Source of the DNA: Kiritimatiellia bacterium
GTDB lineage: Bacteria > Verrucomicrobiota > Kiritimatiellia > RFP12 > UBA1067
Assembly (NCBI GenBank): GCA_016302985.1
Contig: JAEDMN010000002.1
Span: 1 to 48,799 of the forward strand
Length of the DNA: 48,799 nt
Direction: 5' to 3'
Shown here: in pieces, positions 35,426 through 44,362 of the stretch
Layout: every line of letters starts with the position of its first letter
Numbering within the stretch: the first letter of the stretch is position 1
Notes under the pieces: generated by a model
What the model was told of the DNA's origin: nothing
Databases searched by the model: none
The model's input: only the letters and a program-made list of their open reading frames with translations
Translations under genes and position numbers: made by a program

Positions 35426-35602
35426 TTATCTGCCCGCAGGCGGTTCGGCGGGAGGGACGGGAACGGCCGGCGCAAGCGGGCTGAAGCGGGGACGGGGGGA
35501 GCGGATCGAACCGCGTACCACGTAGAACACGACGAGCGCGAGGACGAGCGCGAGGAGCTTGAGGCTCCAGTTGCGGGTGAACACGGCGAGAAGTCTCTTC
35601 AT
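35426..35602 (-). CDS. Truncated CdaR/YbbR-like ORF (membrane anchor only, 58 aa); not in the ORF track
   Basis: MKRLLAVFTRNWSLKLLALVLALVVFYVVRGS... resembles the N-terminal anchor of YbbR-domain c-di-AMP cyclase regulators. ATGA overlap with the cdaA stop. No YbbR repeats follow. Confidence 0.5.
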   Translation of the reverse strand: MKRLLAVFTRNWSLKLLALVLALVVFYVVRGSIRSPRPRFSPLAPAVPVPPAEPPAGR

Positions 35603-36474
35603 TTCGCGGCCTCCTTGTTTCCGGCCAGTCGGTTGCGACGCTGGCGGAGCCAGTCCGCGAACGTCTCGCTGGCGGTCTTCTGGACGGGCATCGCCTTGCG
35701 GACCCAGCGGAGCACGCCCGTGCGGGAGTCCTCTTCGTGGTCGGGGTAGCGGATCAGGCGGCCGTTGTGCGCGACGGAGACGCGGCCCGTCTCCTCGCTC
35801 ACGACGATGACGAGGGCGTCCGTGTCCTCGCTGAGCCCGACCGCGGCGCGGTGGCGCATGCCCGTGGAGGAGAGTCCCACCTCGGGGTTGTTGGAAACGG
35901 GGAAGAGGCAGTGCGCCGCGGCGAGTCGCCCCCTGCGGATGATGACGCCGCCGTCGTGCAGGGGAAGCGGCTCCGTGAAGATCGAGAACATGAGCTCGGA
36001 GGAGACCACCGCGTCCAGTTCGACGCCGGTCGTTTCGATGCCGCGCAGGGAGATGCCGCGCTCGATGGCGATGAGTGCGCCCATCTTCGCCTTCGCGAGC
36101 TTGAAGACGATCAGCACGAGGTCCTCCGGCCGGAGGATGTGCCCGCGCCGCACGTGGCCGGCGGCGCGCATGTTCTCGGCGCCGAGCAGCGAGCCGATCG
36201 TCGCGAGGATGCGGCGGATCTCGGGCTGGAAGATCACGACCGTGGAGAGCGCGAGGTAGAAGAGGAGCGACTTGACGATGCTGGCGAGCACGTCGAAGTT
36301 GAAGAGGAACGTGAAGGCGATGAGCAGGGCGAAGAGGATGCCGACGCCCATGAGCACCTGCGCGAAGCGCGAGCCGCGCGCCGCCTTCAGGATCGCGTAG
36401 AACGCGAAGTAGAGGATGGCGATCTGGACGATGTCCGGGATCGCCGCGAGGACGTCCTGCGTGGTGATGTTCAT
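35599..36474 (-). CDS. cdaA: Diadenylate cyclase CdaA (membrane-bound DisA_N)
   Basis: Three N-terminal TM helices. Motifs: ALIAIERG, PLHDGGVII (DGA motif reads DGG here), GMRHRAAVG (RHR). ATGA overlap with folP. Confidence 0.9.
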   Translation of the reverse strand: MNITTQDVLAAIPDIVQIAILYFAFYAILKAARGSRFAQVLMGVGILFALLIAFTFLFNFDVLASIVKSLLFYLALSTVVIFQPEIRRILATIGSLLGAENMRAAGHVRRGHILRPEDLVLIVFKLAKAKMGALIAIERGISLRGIETTGVELDAVVSSELMFSIFTEPLPLHDGGVIIRRGRLAAAHCLFPVSNNPEVGLSSTGMRHRAAVGLSEDTDALVIVVSEETGRVSVAHNGRLIRYPDHEEDSRTGVLRWVRKAMPVQKTASETFADWLRQRRNRLAGNKEAAK

Positions 36475-37283
36475 GCCAGCCCCCCCATGGGATGGACTTC
36501 GTCGAGCGCGCGGGCGACGTCGATCGCCTGGCGCGTCTCGCGCACGTCGTGGACGCGCAGGACGGAGGCGCCCGCCAGCGCGCACCAGACGGCCGCGCCC
36601 AGGCAGCCGCCGAGGTTCTTGCCCGTCGTCTTCTCGCCGGTGAGCTTCTTCACGAGCCGCTTGCGCGAGACGCCCACGCAGACCGGCGCGAGGGCGGCGA
36701 GGCGGCGGAGCGAGCCGAGCAGCGCGAGGTCCTCCTCGCGGGTCGTGCCGAAGCCGATCTCCGGGTCGATGAGCAGCTGGGACGGGTCGACGGCGCGTCC
36801 CGACGCGCGGACCGAACCCGGCAGGCGGGCGGAGATCGCCGCGAAGTCCGCCTCCGTGCGGCAGGGCAGAACGAGCCCGCAGCCCGTCTGCGCGGCGAGC
36901 TCGACCATCGCGGGCGAAGCCTCCGGATAGACGCAGTTGAGGATGGCGGCGCCCATCCCGAGCGCGCGCGCCGCGGTCTCGGGATGGTAGGTGTCGACCG
37001 AGACCGGCGTCGCCGGAAGCTCGCGCTGCAGGATGTGCAGGACGGGTTCCAGGCGCGACCACTCGAGCTGCCACGAGAGGGGCGTCGCGCCCGGCCGCGT
37101 GGACTCGCCGCCGAGGTCGACGATGTCCGCGCCCTCGTTGACGCAGTTCCGCGCACGCGCGACGGCCTCTCCCGGCCGGTAGTAGAGCCCGCCGTCCGAG
37201 AAGGAGTCGGGCGTGACGTTGACGATGCCCATCACGAGCGGGCGGGCGAGGTCGAGCTTGAAGGAACGGCAGGTCCAGGTCAT
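36471..37283 (-). CDS. folP: Dihydropteroate synthase
   Basis: VMGIVNVTPDSFSDGG, ADIVDLGGESTRPGA, VSVDTY, LIDPEIGFG, GVSRKR. Confidence 0.9.
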   Translation of the reverse strand: MTWTCRSFKLDLARPLVMGIVNVTPDSFSDGGLYYRPGEAVARARNCVNEGADIVDLGGESTRPGATPLSWQLEWSRLEPVLHILQRELPATPVSVDTYHPETAARALGMGAAILNCVYPEASPAMVELAAQTGCGLVLPCRTEADFAAISARLPGSVRASGRAVDPSQLLIDPEIGFGTTREEDLALLGSLRRLAALAPVCVGVSRKRLVKKLTGEKTTGKNLGGCLGAAVWCALAGASVLRVHDVRETRQAIDVARALDEVHPMGGLA

Positions 37284-39259
37284 TCCGGGGACTCCTGTTC
37301 GGGAATGGCGGCTTCGTTCGCCGGGGCCTCGGGGGCGGGCGCCGGCGCGGGGTCGTCCTCGTGGGGGCGCTCGAGGCCGAGCAGCTTCTCCACGTCGCGC
37401 CCGTCCATCGTCTCCTTCTCCAGGAGGGTGGTGGCGAGCAGTTCGAGCTTCCCGCGGTTCGCGGCGAGCAGCTCCCGGGCGCGGGCGTAGGCCGAGTCCA
37501 CGAGCTTCTTGACCTCCGCGTCGATGGCCTCCGCCGTCTTCTGCGAGTAGGGCGGGGGCGCCTCCTCCGTGGCGAAGGCGTTGGGCTCGATGAAGGACTG
37601 GAAGCCGAACGTCTCGCTCATGCCGTAGCGGCAGACCATCGCGCGCGCGATGGCCGTCGCCTGCGCGATGTCCTGGGCGGCGCCCGTCGAGATGTCGGCG
37701 GTGTGCATCTCCTCCGCGAGACGGCCGCCGCAGCAGAGGGCCATGAAGTCGAGGAACCAGCCGCGCGTGCGGTTGAGGACGTCCTGCTCGGGCAGCGACA
37801 TCGTCACGCCGAGGGCGCGGCCGCGCGGGATGATCGAGACCTTGTGGAGCGGGTCCGTGTTCTTCAGCAGCAGCTGGAGCAGGGCGTGCCCGCTCTCGTG
37901 CCAGGCCGTCGTCTCGTACTCCTTGCGGGTGAAGCCCGCGGACTTCCGCTCGCTGCCCCAGAAAACCTTGTCGCGCGCCTCCTCGAGGACCGCGTGCGGA
38001 ATCGCGTCGAGGTCGCGGCGGGCGGCCAGCAGGGCGGCCTCGTTGATGATGTTCGCGAGGTCGGCGCCCGAATGGCCGGACGTGCCGCGCGCGAGGCGGG
38101 AGAGGTCGACGTCGTCGGCGAGCTTCACCTTCGCGGCGTGGATCTTCAGGATCTCCTCGCGCCCCTTGAGCGTGGGCAGGTCCACGTGCACCTGGCGGTC
38201 GAAGCGGCCCGGGCGCAGGAGCGCGGGGTCGAGGATGTCCGGCCGGTTCGTCGCGGCGATGACGATCACGCCGGTGTTCGTGCCGAAGCCGTCCATCTCC
38301 ACGAGCATCGCGTTCAGCGTCTGGTCGGCGCAGCGCTGCGCCGTCATGCCGCCGGCGTTGCGCTTCTGCCCGACCGAGTCGATCTCGTCGATGAAGATGA
38401 TGCAGGGCGCGTTCTTCTTGCCCTGTTCGAACAGGTCGCGCACGCGGCTCGCGCCGACGCCCACGAACATCTCCTCGAAGTCCGAGCCGCTGATCGAGTA
38501 GAAGGGCACCTTCGCCTCGCCGGCGATGGCCTTCGCGAGCAGCGTCTTGCCGGTGCCGGGCGGGCCGACGAGCAGGATGCCGCGCGGGATGCGCGCGCCG
38601 AGCTTCGTGAACTTCTTCGAGTCCTTCAGGAACTCCACGATCTCGGCGACGTCCTGCTTCGCCTCGTCCACGCCCGCGACGTCCGCGAACGTGACCTTCG
38701 GGCCGTCCTTGTTCTCGTTCAGCAACTTGGCGCGGGATTTGCCGAACGACAGCGACCCGCCGCCGCCCATGCGCCGGTAGAAGAACCAGTAGAGCAGCGC
38801 GAGGGGCAGGAAGAGGATCAGCATCTGGGTGAAGAGCGAGGCGAGCTCGGACTTCCCCTCCTCCCGCACCGGGCACTTGAGCCCGCGCGCCATGAGGTCC
38901 TCCATGAGCTTCCCGTTCTCGCCCGGGACGAGCGTCACGCGGAAGGGCTGCCCGTCCTCCGTCGTCTTGCCGGCGATGTAGGTGCTGCCGGTCTCCACCT
39001 GGCGCACGCGCTCGAGGTCGGAGACGCGCACCGGCGTGTTCGTGCCGTCGCCGAGGTACTCGCGGAACTCGGTCTGGGACAGCTCCCGGAGCTTCGGGGC
39101 GCGCTGGTCGGACATGAAGCGCATCGCCAGGAAGGCGGCCGCGACCACGAGGAGGATGACCCAGGGTCCGCGGGACCCCAGCGGGGGCGCGGACTTCGGG
39201 ACCGGGCGCCTGGACTTCGTCGCGCCGGAAGGGGTGTTGTCGTTCTTCTCTTCGGACAT
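37280..39259 (-). CDS. ftsH: ATP-dependent zinc metalloprotease FtsH
   Basis: Two TM helices, GPPGTGKT, the IIFIDEIDS Walker B, the SRH segment, and the HESGH zinc motif. Confidence 0.95.
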   Translation of the reverse strand: MSEEKNDNTPSGATKSRRPVPKSAPPLGSRGPWVILLVVAAAFLAMRFMSDQRAPKLRELSQTEFREYLGDGTNTPVRVSDLERVRQVETGSTYIAGKTTEDGQPFRVTLVPGENGKLMEDLMARGLKCPVREEGKSELASLFTQMLILFLPLALLYWFFYRRMGGGGSLSFGKSRAKLLNENKDGPKVTFADVAGVDEAKQDVAEIVEFLKDSKKFTKLGARIPRGILLVGPPGTGKTLLAKAIAGEAKVPFYSISGSDFEEMFVGVGASRVRDLFEQGKKNAPCIIFIDEIDSVGQKRNAGGMTAQRCADQTLNAMLVEMDGFGTNTGVIVIAATNRPDILDPALLRPGRFDRQVHVDLPTLKGREEILKIHAAKVKLADDVDLSRLARGTSGHSGADLANIINEAALLAARRDLDAIPHAVLEEARDKVFWGSERKSAGFTRKEYETTAWHESGHALLQLLLKNTDPLHKVSIIPRGRALGVTMSLPEQDVLNRTRGWFLDFMALCCGGRLAEEMHTADISTGAAQDIAQATAIARAMVCRYGMSETFGFQSFIEPNAFATEEAPPPYSQKTAEAIDAEVKKLVDSAYARARELLAANRGKLELLATTLLEKETMDGRDVEKLLGLERPHEDDPAPAPAPEAPANEAAIPEQESPE

Positions 39260-39267
39260 AGGAGCAC

Positions 39268-39276
39268 ATTATAGCA
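39268..39276 (-). promoter_or_regulatory. Consensus extended -10 TGCTATAAT (minus strand), 8 nt before the ftsH ATG (leaderless geometry)
   Basis: Minus strand reads TTGCTATAATGTGCTCCTATG. Confidence 0.55.
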
Positions 39277-39281
39277 AAGTA

Positions 39282-39295
39282 ATACGCGCGCGTAT
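39282..39295. promoter_or_regulatory. Perfect 14-bp palindrome ATACGCGCGCGTAT over the -35 region of the ftsH promoter; candidate operator
   Basis: Exact palindrome 5 nt upstream of the TG of the extended -10. The direct repeat GCGTGCGCG occurs twice further upstream (39302-39310 and 39318-39326). Confidence 0.35.
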
Positions 39296-39388
39296 AGGTG
39301 TGCGTGCGCGAGAAATCGCGTGCGCGGGGGGGGGCGGACGCCCGCCGCGCGCATCCTCCACCCCGATGGCCGCAAAATCTGAAATTTA

Positions 39389-39397
39389 TGGTATACT
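39389..39397 (+). promoter_or_regulatory. Extended -10 box TGGTATACT for argF
   Basis: 26 nt upstream of ATG 39424. The leader contains a GAGAGAAAGG SD. Confidence 0.5.
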
Positions 39398-39423
39398 ACG
39401 CGCTTTGAGAGAAAGGTTGACCT

Positions 39424-40428
39424 ATGCTTACCTGGATGCCTGAACTGAAGGGCCGCTCGCTGATGCGGATGACGTCCTTCACCGACGAAGAGATGATGAA
39501 CCTGATCGACCTCGCGGCGCAGCTGAAGGCGCGCCGCGCGGCCGGGATCCGCGGCGACCTGCTGCACCGCAAGAACATCGCGCTGATCTTCGAGAAGTCC
39601 TCCACCCGCACGCGCAACTCGTCCATCATCGCGGCGCGCGACGAAGGCGGCGGCGCCGAGTACCTCACGCGCCCCGACATCCACTTCGGCAAGAAGGAGA
39701 GCGTCAAGGACACGGCGCGCGTGCTCGGGCGCATCTACGACGGCATCCTCTTCCGCGGCTTCAGGCAGTCGACGGTCGAGGAGCTCGCGAAGTGGTCCGG
39801 CGTCCCGGTCTGGAACGGCCTCACGGACGACTACCACCCGACGCAGATCTTCGCGGACCTCCTGACGGTCAAGGAGACGTTCGGCTCGCTGCGCGACTGC
39901 ACGGTCGCCTACGTGGGCGACGGCCGCAACAACGTCGCCAACTCCCTCATGATGGGCTGCGCGAAGGCGGGCGTCCGCTACGTCTGCTGCACGCCGAAGG
40001 AGCTCTGGCCGGACGAGGCGGTGCTCGCCGAGGCCGAGGCCGTCGCGAAGCGCAACGGCGTCGACATCCGCGTCTTCTCCGACCCGAAGAAGGGCGTGAA
40101 GGGCGCGAACGTGCTCTACACGGACGTCTGGGTGTCCATGGGCGAGGAGGCCAAGACGGCCGAGCGCATCAAGATGCTGCGTCCCTACCAGATCAACATG
40201 GACCTCATGAAGGCCACGGGCAACCTGGACGGCAAGCTGATGTTCCTGCACTGCCTGCCGGCCTTCCACGACTTCAACACCGAGGTCACGAAGGACTCCG
40301 GCGCCCTCGAGGTGACGGACGAGGTCTTCGAGTCGAAGTACTCGAAGGTCTTCGACGAGTCCGAGAACCGGATGCACACGATCAAGGCCCTGTTCGTCTC
40401 GGCCCTCTGCGACCGCGCCGCGCTCTGA
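39424..40428 (+). CDS. argF: Ornithine carbamoyltransferase
   Basis: FEKSSTRTR, HPTQIFADLLT, DVWVSMGEE (ornithine-binding SMG block), FLHCLPAFH. Confidence 0.9.
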   Translation: MLTWMPELKGRSLMRMTSFTDEEMMNLIDLAAQLKARRAAGIRGDLLHRKNIALIFEKSSTRTRNSSIIAARDEGGGAEYLTRPDIHFGKKESVKDTARVLGRIYDGILFRGFRQSTVEELAKWSGVPVWNGLTDDYHPTQIFADLLTVKETFGSLRDCTVAYVGDGRNNVANSLMMGCAKAGVRYVCCTPKELWPDEAVLAEAEAVAKRNGVDIRVFSDPKKGVKGANVLYTDVWVSMGEEAKTAERIKMLRPYQINMDLMKATGNLDGKLMFLHCLPAFHDFNTEVTKDSGALEVTDEVFESKYSKVFDESENRMHTIKALFVSALCDRAAL

Positions 40429-40452
40429 TCCGCGGCCCCCGGCCCGCGTCCG

Positions 40453-40489
40453 AACGCCTCCGCGGCATCCGTGCCCCGGGGGCGTTTTT
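40453..40489 (+). terminator. Rho-independent terminator after argF
   Basis: AACGCCTCCGCGG, 8-nt loop, CCCCGGGGGCGTT (13-bp stem with 2 mismatches), followed by TTTTT. Confidence 0.7.
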
Positions 40490-40490
40490 G

Positions 40491-40499
40491 TGGTATACT
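40491..40499 (+). promoter_or_regulatory. Extended -10 box TGGTATACT directly after the argF terminator
   Basis: Exact 9-mer, 27 nt upstream of ATG 40527. The leader has a GAAGGTGG SD. Confidence 0.5.
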
Positions 40500-40526
40500 A
40501 CGGGAAAAATCTCTGAAGGTGGTGTC

Positions 40527-41606
40527 ATGGGCAAGCTGGCTGAAATTGGTTGGAAGAAATTCGAGTCTCTGCCGCTGGAGGCGAAGCGGCCGTATCTGGC
40601 GCACTGCGACATCACGCCCGAGACGCCGTACCACACGCTGATCGCGCAGCAGTTCGACCGCCCCCTGCTGGAGCGCCTCGCGGCCCTCGCGAACCGCATC
40701 CGCTTCATGGCCAAGAGCAAGGAGGGCGCGCTCTACCTGAAGTCCCTCCTGCCCCACAAGCGCGCGATGCTCTACTTCTCGCAGCCGAGCTCCCGCACCT
40801 TCCTCTCGCACCTGAACGCCTGCCAGATCCTCGGCCTCACGACGAGCTCGGTGCGCGACCAGAGCACGAGCTCCGAGGCGAAGGGCGAGTCGAGGACGGA
40901 CACCATCCGCACCTTCTCCTCCTACGTGGACATGATCATCATGCGCTGCCCCGAGAAGGGCCTCGCCGAGCAGATGGCGTGGGAGCTCTCGAACAGCGAC
41001 CGTCCGATTCCGATCATCAACGCCGGCTCGGGCAAGGACCAGCACCCGACGCAGGCCCTGCTCGACATCTACACGCTCCTCCGCTCCTTCGAGACGAAGG
41101 GCGGCCTGAAGAACCGCACCGTCACGTTCTGCGGCGACCTCCTGCGCGGCCGCACGGTCCGCTCGCTCAGCTACCTGCTGACGAACTTCGAGAACGTCCG
41201 CCAGGTCTTCGTCGCCCCGCCGCAGCTGCAGGCGCCCGAGGACGTCCTCGAGATCCTGAAGGCGAAGGGCGTCGAATTCGCCGTTTCGGACAACCTCCGC
41301 GAGGCCGTCACCCTCTCCGACGCCGTCTACATGACGCGCATCCAGGACGAGTGGGACCAGTCCAAGGGCGAGAGCGCGAAGATCGACACCTCCCGCTTCA
41401 AGTTCGGCGCCGAGGAGCTCAGGCTGCTGCCGAAGGACGGCGTGATCCTGCACCCGCTGCCGCGCCGCGACGAGATCGCCACCTGCTGCGACAACGACCC
41501 GCGCGCCATGTACTGGCGCCAGATGCGCAACGGCATGTGGATCCGCTCCGCGCTGATCGCGATGACGTTCGGCTTCGAGAAGCAGATCATGTGCTTCGGG
41601 GCCTAG
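40527..41606 (+). CDS. Aspartate-carbamoyltransferase-like transcarbamylase, divergent (SSRTF instead of STRTR)
   Basis: HPTQ, KGES..DT, GDLLRGRTVRS, MTRIQDE and ILHPLPRRDEI all fit ATCase. However, the carbamoyl-phosphate motif reads QPSSRTF, and there is an extra N-terminal extension of about 45 aa. Confidence 0.75.
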   Translation: MGKLAEIGWKKFESLPLEAKRPYLAHCDITPETPYHTLIAQQFDRPLLERLAALANRIRFMAKSKEGALYLKSLLPHKRAMLYFSQPSSRTFLSHLNACQILGLTTSSVRDQSTSSEAKGESRTDTIRTFSSYVDMIIMRCPEKGLAEQMAWELSNSDRPIPIINAGSGKDQHPTQALLDIYTLLRSFETKGGLKNRTVTFCGDLLRGRTVRSLSYLLTNFENVRQVFVAPPQLQAPEDVLEILKAKGVEFAVSDNLREAVTLSDAVYMTRIQDEWDQSKGESAKIDTSRFKFGAEELRLLPKDGVILHPLPRRDEIATCCDNDPRAMYWRQMRNGMWIRSALIAMTFGFEKQIMCFGA

Positions 41607-41624
41607 CCCCGGGAAGGAGGGAAG

Positions 41625-42362
41625 ATGGAGGGAACTGTCACTGCCGCGGAACTGCGGTCCCGGGCCTGGCGCGCGCTTTCCGCGCCGGGCGCATACGGGA
41701 CGTTCGTCCTGGGCTCCATCGCGCTGTCCGCCGCCCTGTTCGCGGCGGCGCTGCTCTTCGCGGGTGGCTTCGTCGGCGGCTCGGCCGGCCTCGCCATGGC
41801 CTGCGGGATCGAGCAGGGGTCCCCTGCGCTCTACGTCCTCTCCTTCGCCGGCTCTGCCGCGCTCGTCTTCGGCATCCTCTACCTGGTTTCCTTCTCGTGG
41901 TGGAGCCAGACCGCGATGGGCATGGCGGCGATGCGCGGCGGGCTCCGCTTCGCGCACGCCTTCTCCGGCTGGGGCAACGGCTGGCGCATGGCGTCCCTCC
42001 TGCTCTGGCAGTCGACCTTCATCACGCTCTGGCTGCTGCTGCTCGTCGTCCCCGGCATCCGCGCGGCCTTCTCCTACGCCCTCGCGCCCTATCTGCTGAT
42101 CGACCATCCGGACTGGACGCCGCGGCAGTGCATCGCCGAGTCCAGGCGTCTCATGGAGGGCCACCGCTGGCGCCTCTTCTGCCTGGGATTCAGCTTCATC
42201 GGCTGGTTCCTGCTGGTCGGCGTCGTCTCGCTCGTGCCGGTCGTCGGGAACTTCGCCCAGTTCTTCTTCACGCCCTACATCCAGACCTCGTTCGCGGCGT
42301 TCTACGAGGACCTCCTCGACCGCGGCGACCGGGAGGGGCAGGGGGGAGGCATGGGCGCATGA
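41625..42362 (+). CDS. DUF975-family integral membrane protein
   Basis: GGAGGG SD. Multiple TM helices. LMEGHRWRLFCLGFSFIGWFLL is the block typical of DUF975. Confidence 0.7.
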   Translation: MEGTVTAAELRSRAWRALSAPGAYGTFVLGSIALSAALFAAALLFAGGFVGGSAGLAMACGIEQGSPALYVLSFAGSAALVFGILYLVSFSWWSQTAMGMAAMRGGLRFAHAFSGWGNGWRMASLLLWQSTFITLWLLLLVVPGIRAAFSYALAPYLLIDHPDWTPRQCIAESRRLMEGHRWRLFCLGFSFIGWFLLVGVVSLVPVVGNFAQFFFTPYIQTSFAAFYEDLLDRGDREGQGGGMGA

Positions 42363-43327
42363 ACGTCTCCCGCCGCATCTTCCTGGCCGGCGCCGGCGCC
42401 CTGACCGCCGCCGAGCTGCCGCTCCCCGCCCTCGCGAAGCGCGGGCCCATCCCGCCGCTGAAGGTCGAGGCATTCGAGATCCCCGTCGGCGCGGCGAAGC
42501 CGTTCGGCGCCCTCCAGGTCTCCGACACGCACATCGTCCGCGTGGACACCCGCGACGACGCGCGCAAGATGAAGCTCGCCGCCGGCCGCTCCTTCGCCCC
42601 GTTCGCCGAGCACTATCTCGACGAGGCGATCAACCTTGCGAAGACGCAGGGCGACCTGCTGCTGCACACGGGCGACCTGATCGACTTCGTGAGCGCCGCG
42701 AACCTGGACCTCGTCGAGGCCCATTTCGCCGGAAACGACTGGTTCGTGAGCGCCGGCAACCACGAGTTCAGCCAGTACGTCGGCGAGGCGAAGGAGGACG
42801 CCGCGTACAAGCGGCAGAGCTACGACCGCGTCCAGGCCGCCTACCCGAACGACCTCACGTTCTGCTCCCGCGTCGTGAACGGCGTGAACTTCGTCTCCCT
42901 CGACGACGTCTACTACAACGTCACCGAGGCGCAGCACGCGCTGTTCATGAAGGAGGTCGAGAAGGGCCTGCCGATCGTGCTGCTCTGCCACGTGCCGTTC
43001 TATGGACCGAAGCTCTACGACTTCGTGATGTCCCACACCGGCAACAAGTGCGCCTACGTGACCGGGGCCCCGCTCGGGCTGACCTCCACCTACCGGGGGG
43101 ACGCCAACCCGCCGCCCGGACAGGAGTGGCGCGCCCGTTCCGTCCAGCAGCGCACGGACAGGCCCACCGCGGACTTCATCGCCTGGCTGAAGGAGCAGAA
43201 GCTTCTCAAGGCGATTCTCTGCGGCCATCTCCACGACTATTTCCAGGAGCGCTTCTCCCCGACCGCCCTGCAGTACGTCTGCAGCGCGACCTACAAGGGC
43301 CACGCCCAGCGCCTCCGCTTCGTCTAA
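42359..43327 (+). CDS. Tat-exported metallophosphoesterase
   Basis: Twin-arginine signal MNVSRRIFLAGAGAL. Motifs: VSDTH, HTGDLID, AGNHEF, LCHVP, CGHLH. Confidence 0.8.
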   Translation: MNVSRRIFLAGAGALTAAELPLPALAKRGPIPPLKVEAFEIPVGAAKPFGALQVSDTHIVRVDTRDDARKMKLAAGRSFAPFAEHYLDEAINLAKTQGDLLLHTGDLIDFVSAANLDLVEAHFAGNDWFVSAGNHEFSQYVGEAKEDAAYKRQSYDRVQAAYPNDLTFCSRVVNGVNFVSLDDVYYNVTEAQHALFMKEVEKGLPIVLLCHVPFYGPKLYDFVMSHTGNKCAYVTGAPLGLTSTYRGDANPPPGQEWRARSVQQRTDRPTADFIAWLKEQKLLKAILCGHLHDYFQERFSPTALQYVCSATYKGHAQRLRFV

Positions 43328-43348
43328 CGCCCCAGGAAGAACCGCCGC

Positions 43349-44302
43349 GTGCTCCGCTACATCGCCAGACGCCTCCTCGAAGTCATCCCGACCACGTTCG
43401 GCATCCTCGTCCTGACATTCGTCCTCTTCCACGTCGTCGGCGGCTCGCCCGCGCTCTCCGTGCTCGGCAAGAACGCGACGAAGGAGTCCATCGCCGCGTT
43501 CAACCACCGCTATGGCTACGACAAGCCGTTGCTGTGGAACCTGGAGAAGGGCGCGCCCCTGTACGACTCCCAGTTCTGCCACTTCGTGGGCAACCTCGCG
43601 AAGGGCGACTTCGGCGTCTCGACCCAGTACGACGAGCCGGTCGCGGACATCCTGAAGCGCGGCGTCGGGCCCTCGCTCTCGCTCACCGTGCCGATCCTCG
43701 TCGGCGGCACGCTCGTCGCGCTCGCGCTCGCGCTCCTCTGCGCGGCCTTCCGCGGCGGCGCGCTCGACCGGGCGGTGCTCGTCGGCTCGACCGTGCTGAT
43801 GAGCGTGAACTACGTCGTCTGGGTGCTCGCCGGGCAGTTCTTCCTCGCGTTCAAGGCCGGACTCTTCCCGATCTGGGGCTACGAGAGCGCGGCCTACCTC
43901 GCGCTGCCCGTCCTCATCGGCATCGTCTCCGGCCTCGGCGTCGACGTGCGTTTCTTCCGCACCGCGGTGCTGGACGAGATCTACAGGCCCTACGTCCGCA
44001 CGGCGCGCGCGAAGGGCCTCTCCGGCGCGGCGATCCTCGTGAAGCACGTGCTCCGGAACTCCCTCATCCCGATCGTGACCTACGTCTCGCTCGCGATCCC
44101 CTACCTCTTCACGGGTTCGCTCATGCTGGAGTCCTTCTTCGGCATCCCCGGTCTGGGCAGCGTCTCGCTGAACGCCATCCACTCCGCGGACATGGCGGTC
44201 GTGCGCGCGGTCGTGGTGCTGGGCGCGCTGCTCTACCAGGTCGTCAATCTCGCCACGGACCTCTGCTACGCGCTGCTCGATCCGCGGGTGCGGCTGGGGT
44301 AG
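43349..44302 (+). CDS. ABC transporter permease, OppB/DppB type
   Basis: MLRYIARRLLEVIPTTFGILVLTFVLF N-terminus, and the EAA-like loop RTARAKGLSGAAILVKHVLRNSLIP. Confidence 0.85.
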   Translation: MLRYIARRLLEVIPTTFGILVLTFVLFHVVGGSPALSVLGKNATKESIAAFNHRYGYDKPLLWNLEKGAPLYDSQFCHFVGNLAKGDFGVSTQYDEPVADILKRGVGPSLSLTVPILVGGTLVALALALLCAAFRGGALDRAVLVGSTVLMSVNYVVWVLAGQFFLAFKAGLFPIWGYESAAYLALPVLIGIVSGLGVDVRFFRTAVLDEIYRPYVRTARAKGLSGAAILVKHVLRNSLIPIVTYVSLAIPYLFTGSLMLESFFGIPGLGSVSLNAIHSADMAVVRAVVVLGALLYQVVNLATDLCYALLDPRVRLG

Positions 44303-44311
44303 GAATGCAGG

Positions 44312-44357
44312 AACGTGGAAATGTGAAAATGTGGGAATGTGCAAATGTGGGAGTGTG
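44312..44357 (+). repeat. Six copies of AATGTG-like hexamers in exact 8-bp register, immediately upstream of the GH31-like gene
   Basis: AACGTG 44312, AATGTG 44320/44328/44336/44344, AGTGTG 44352. The same 60 nt contain six GGA triplets, the last overlapping ATG 44363. Confidence 0.8.
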
Positions 44358-44362
44358 AACGG

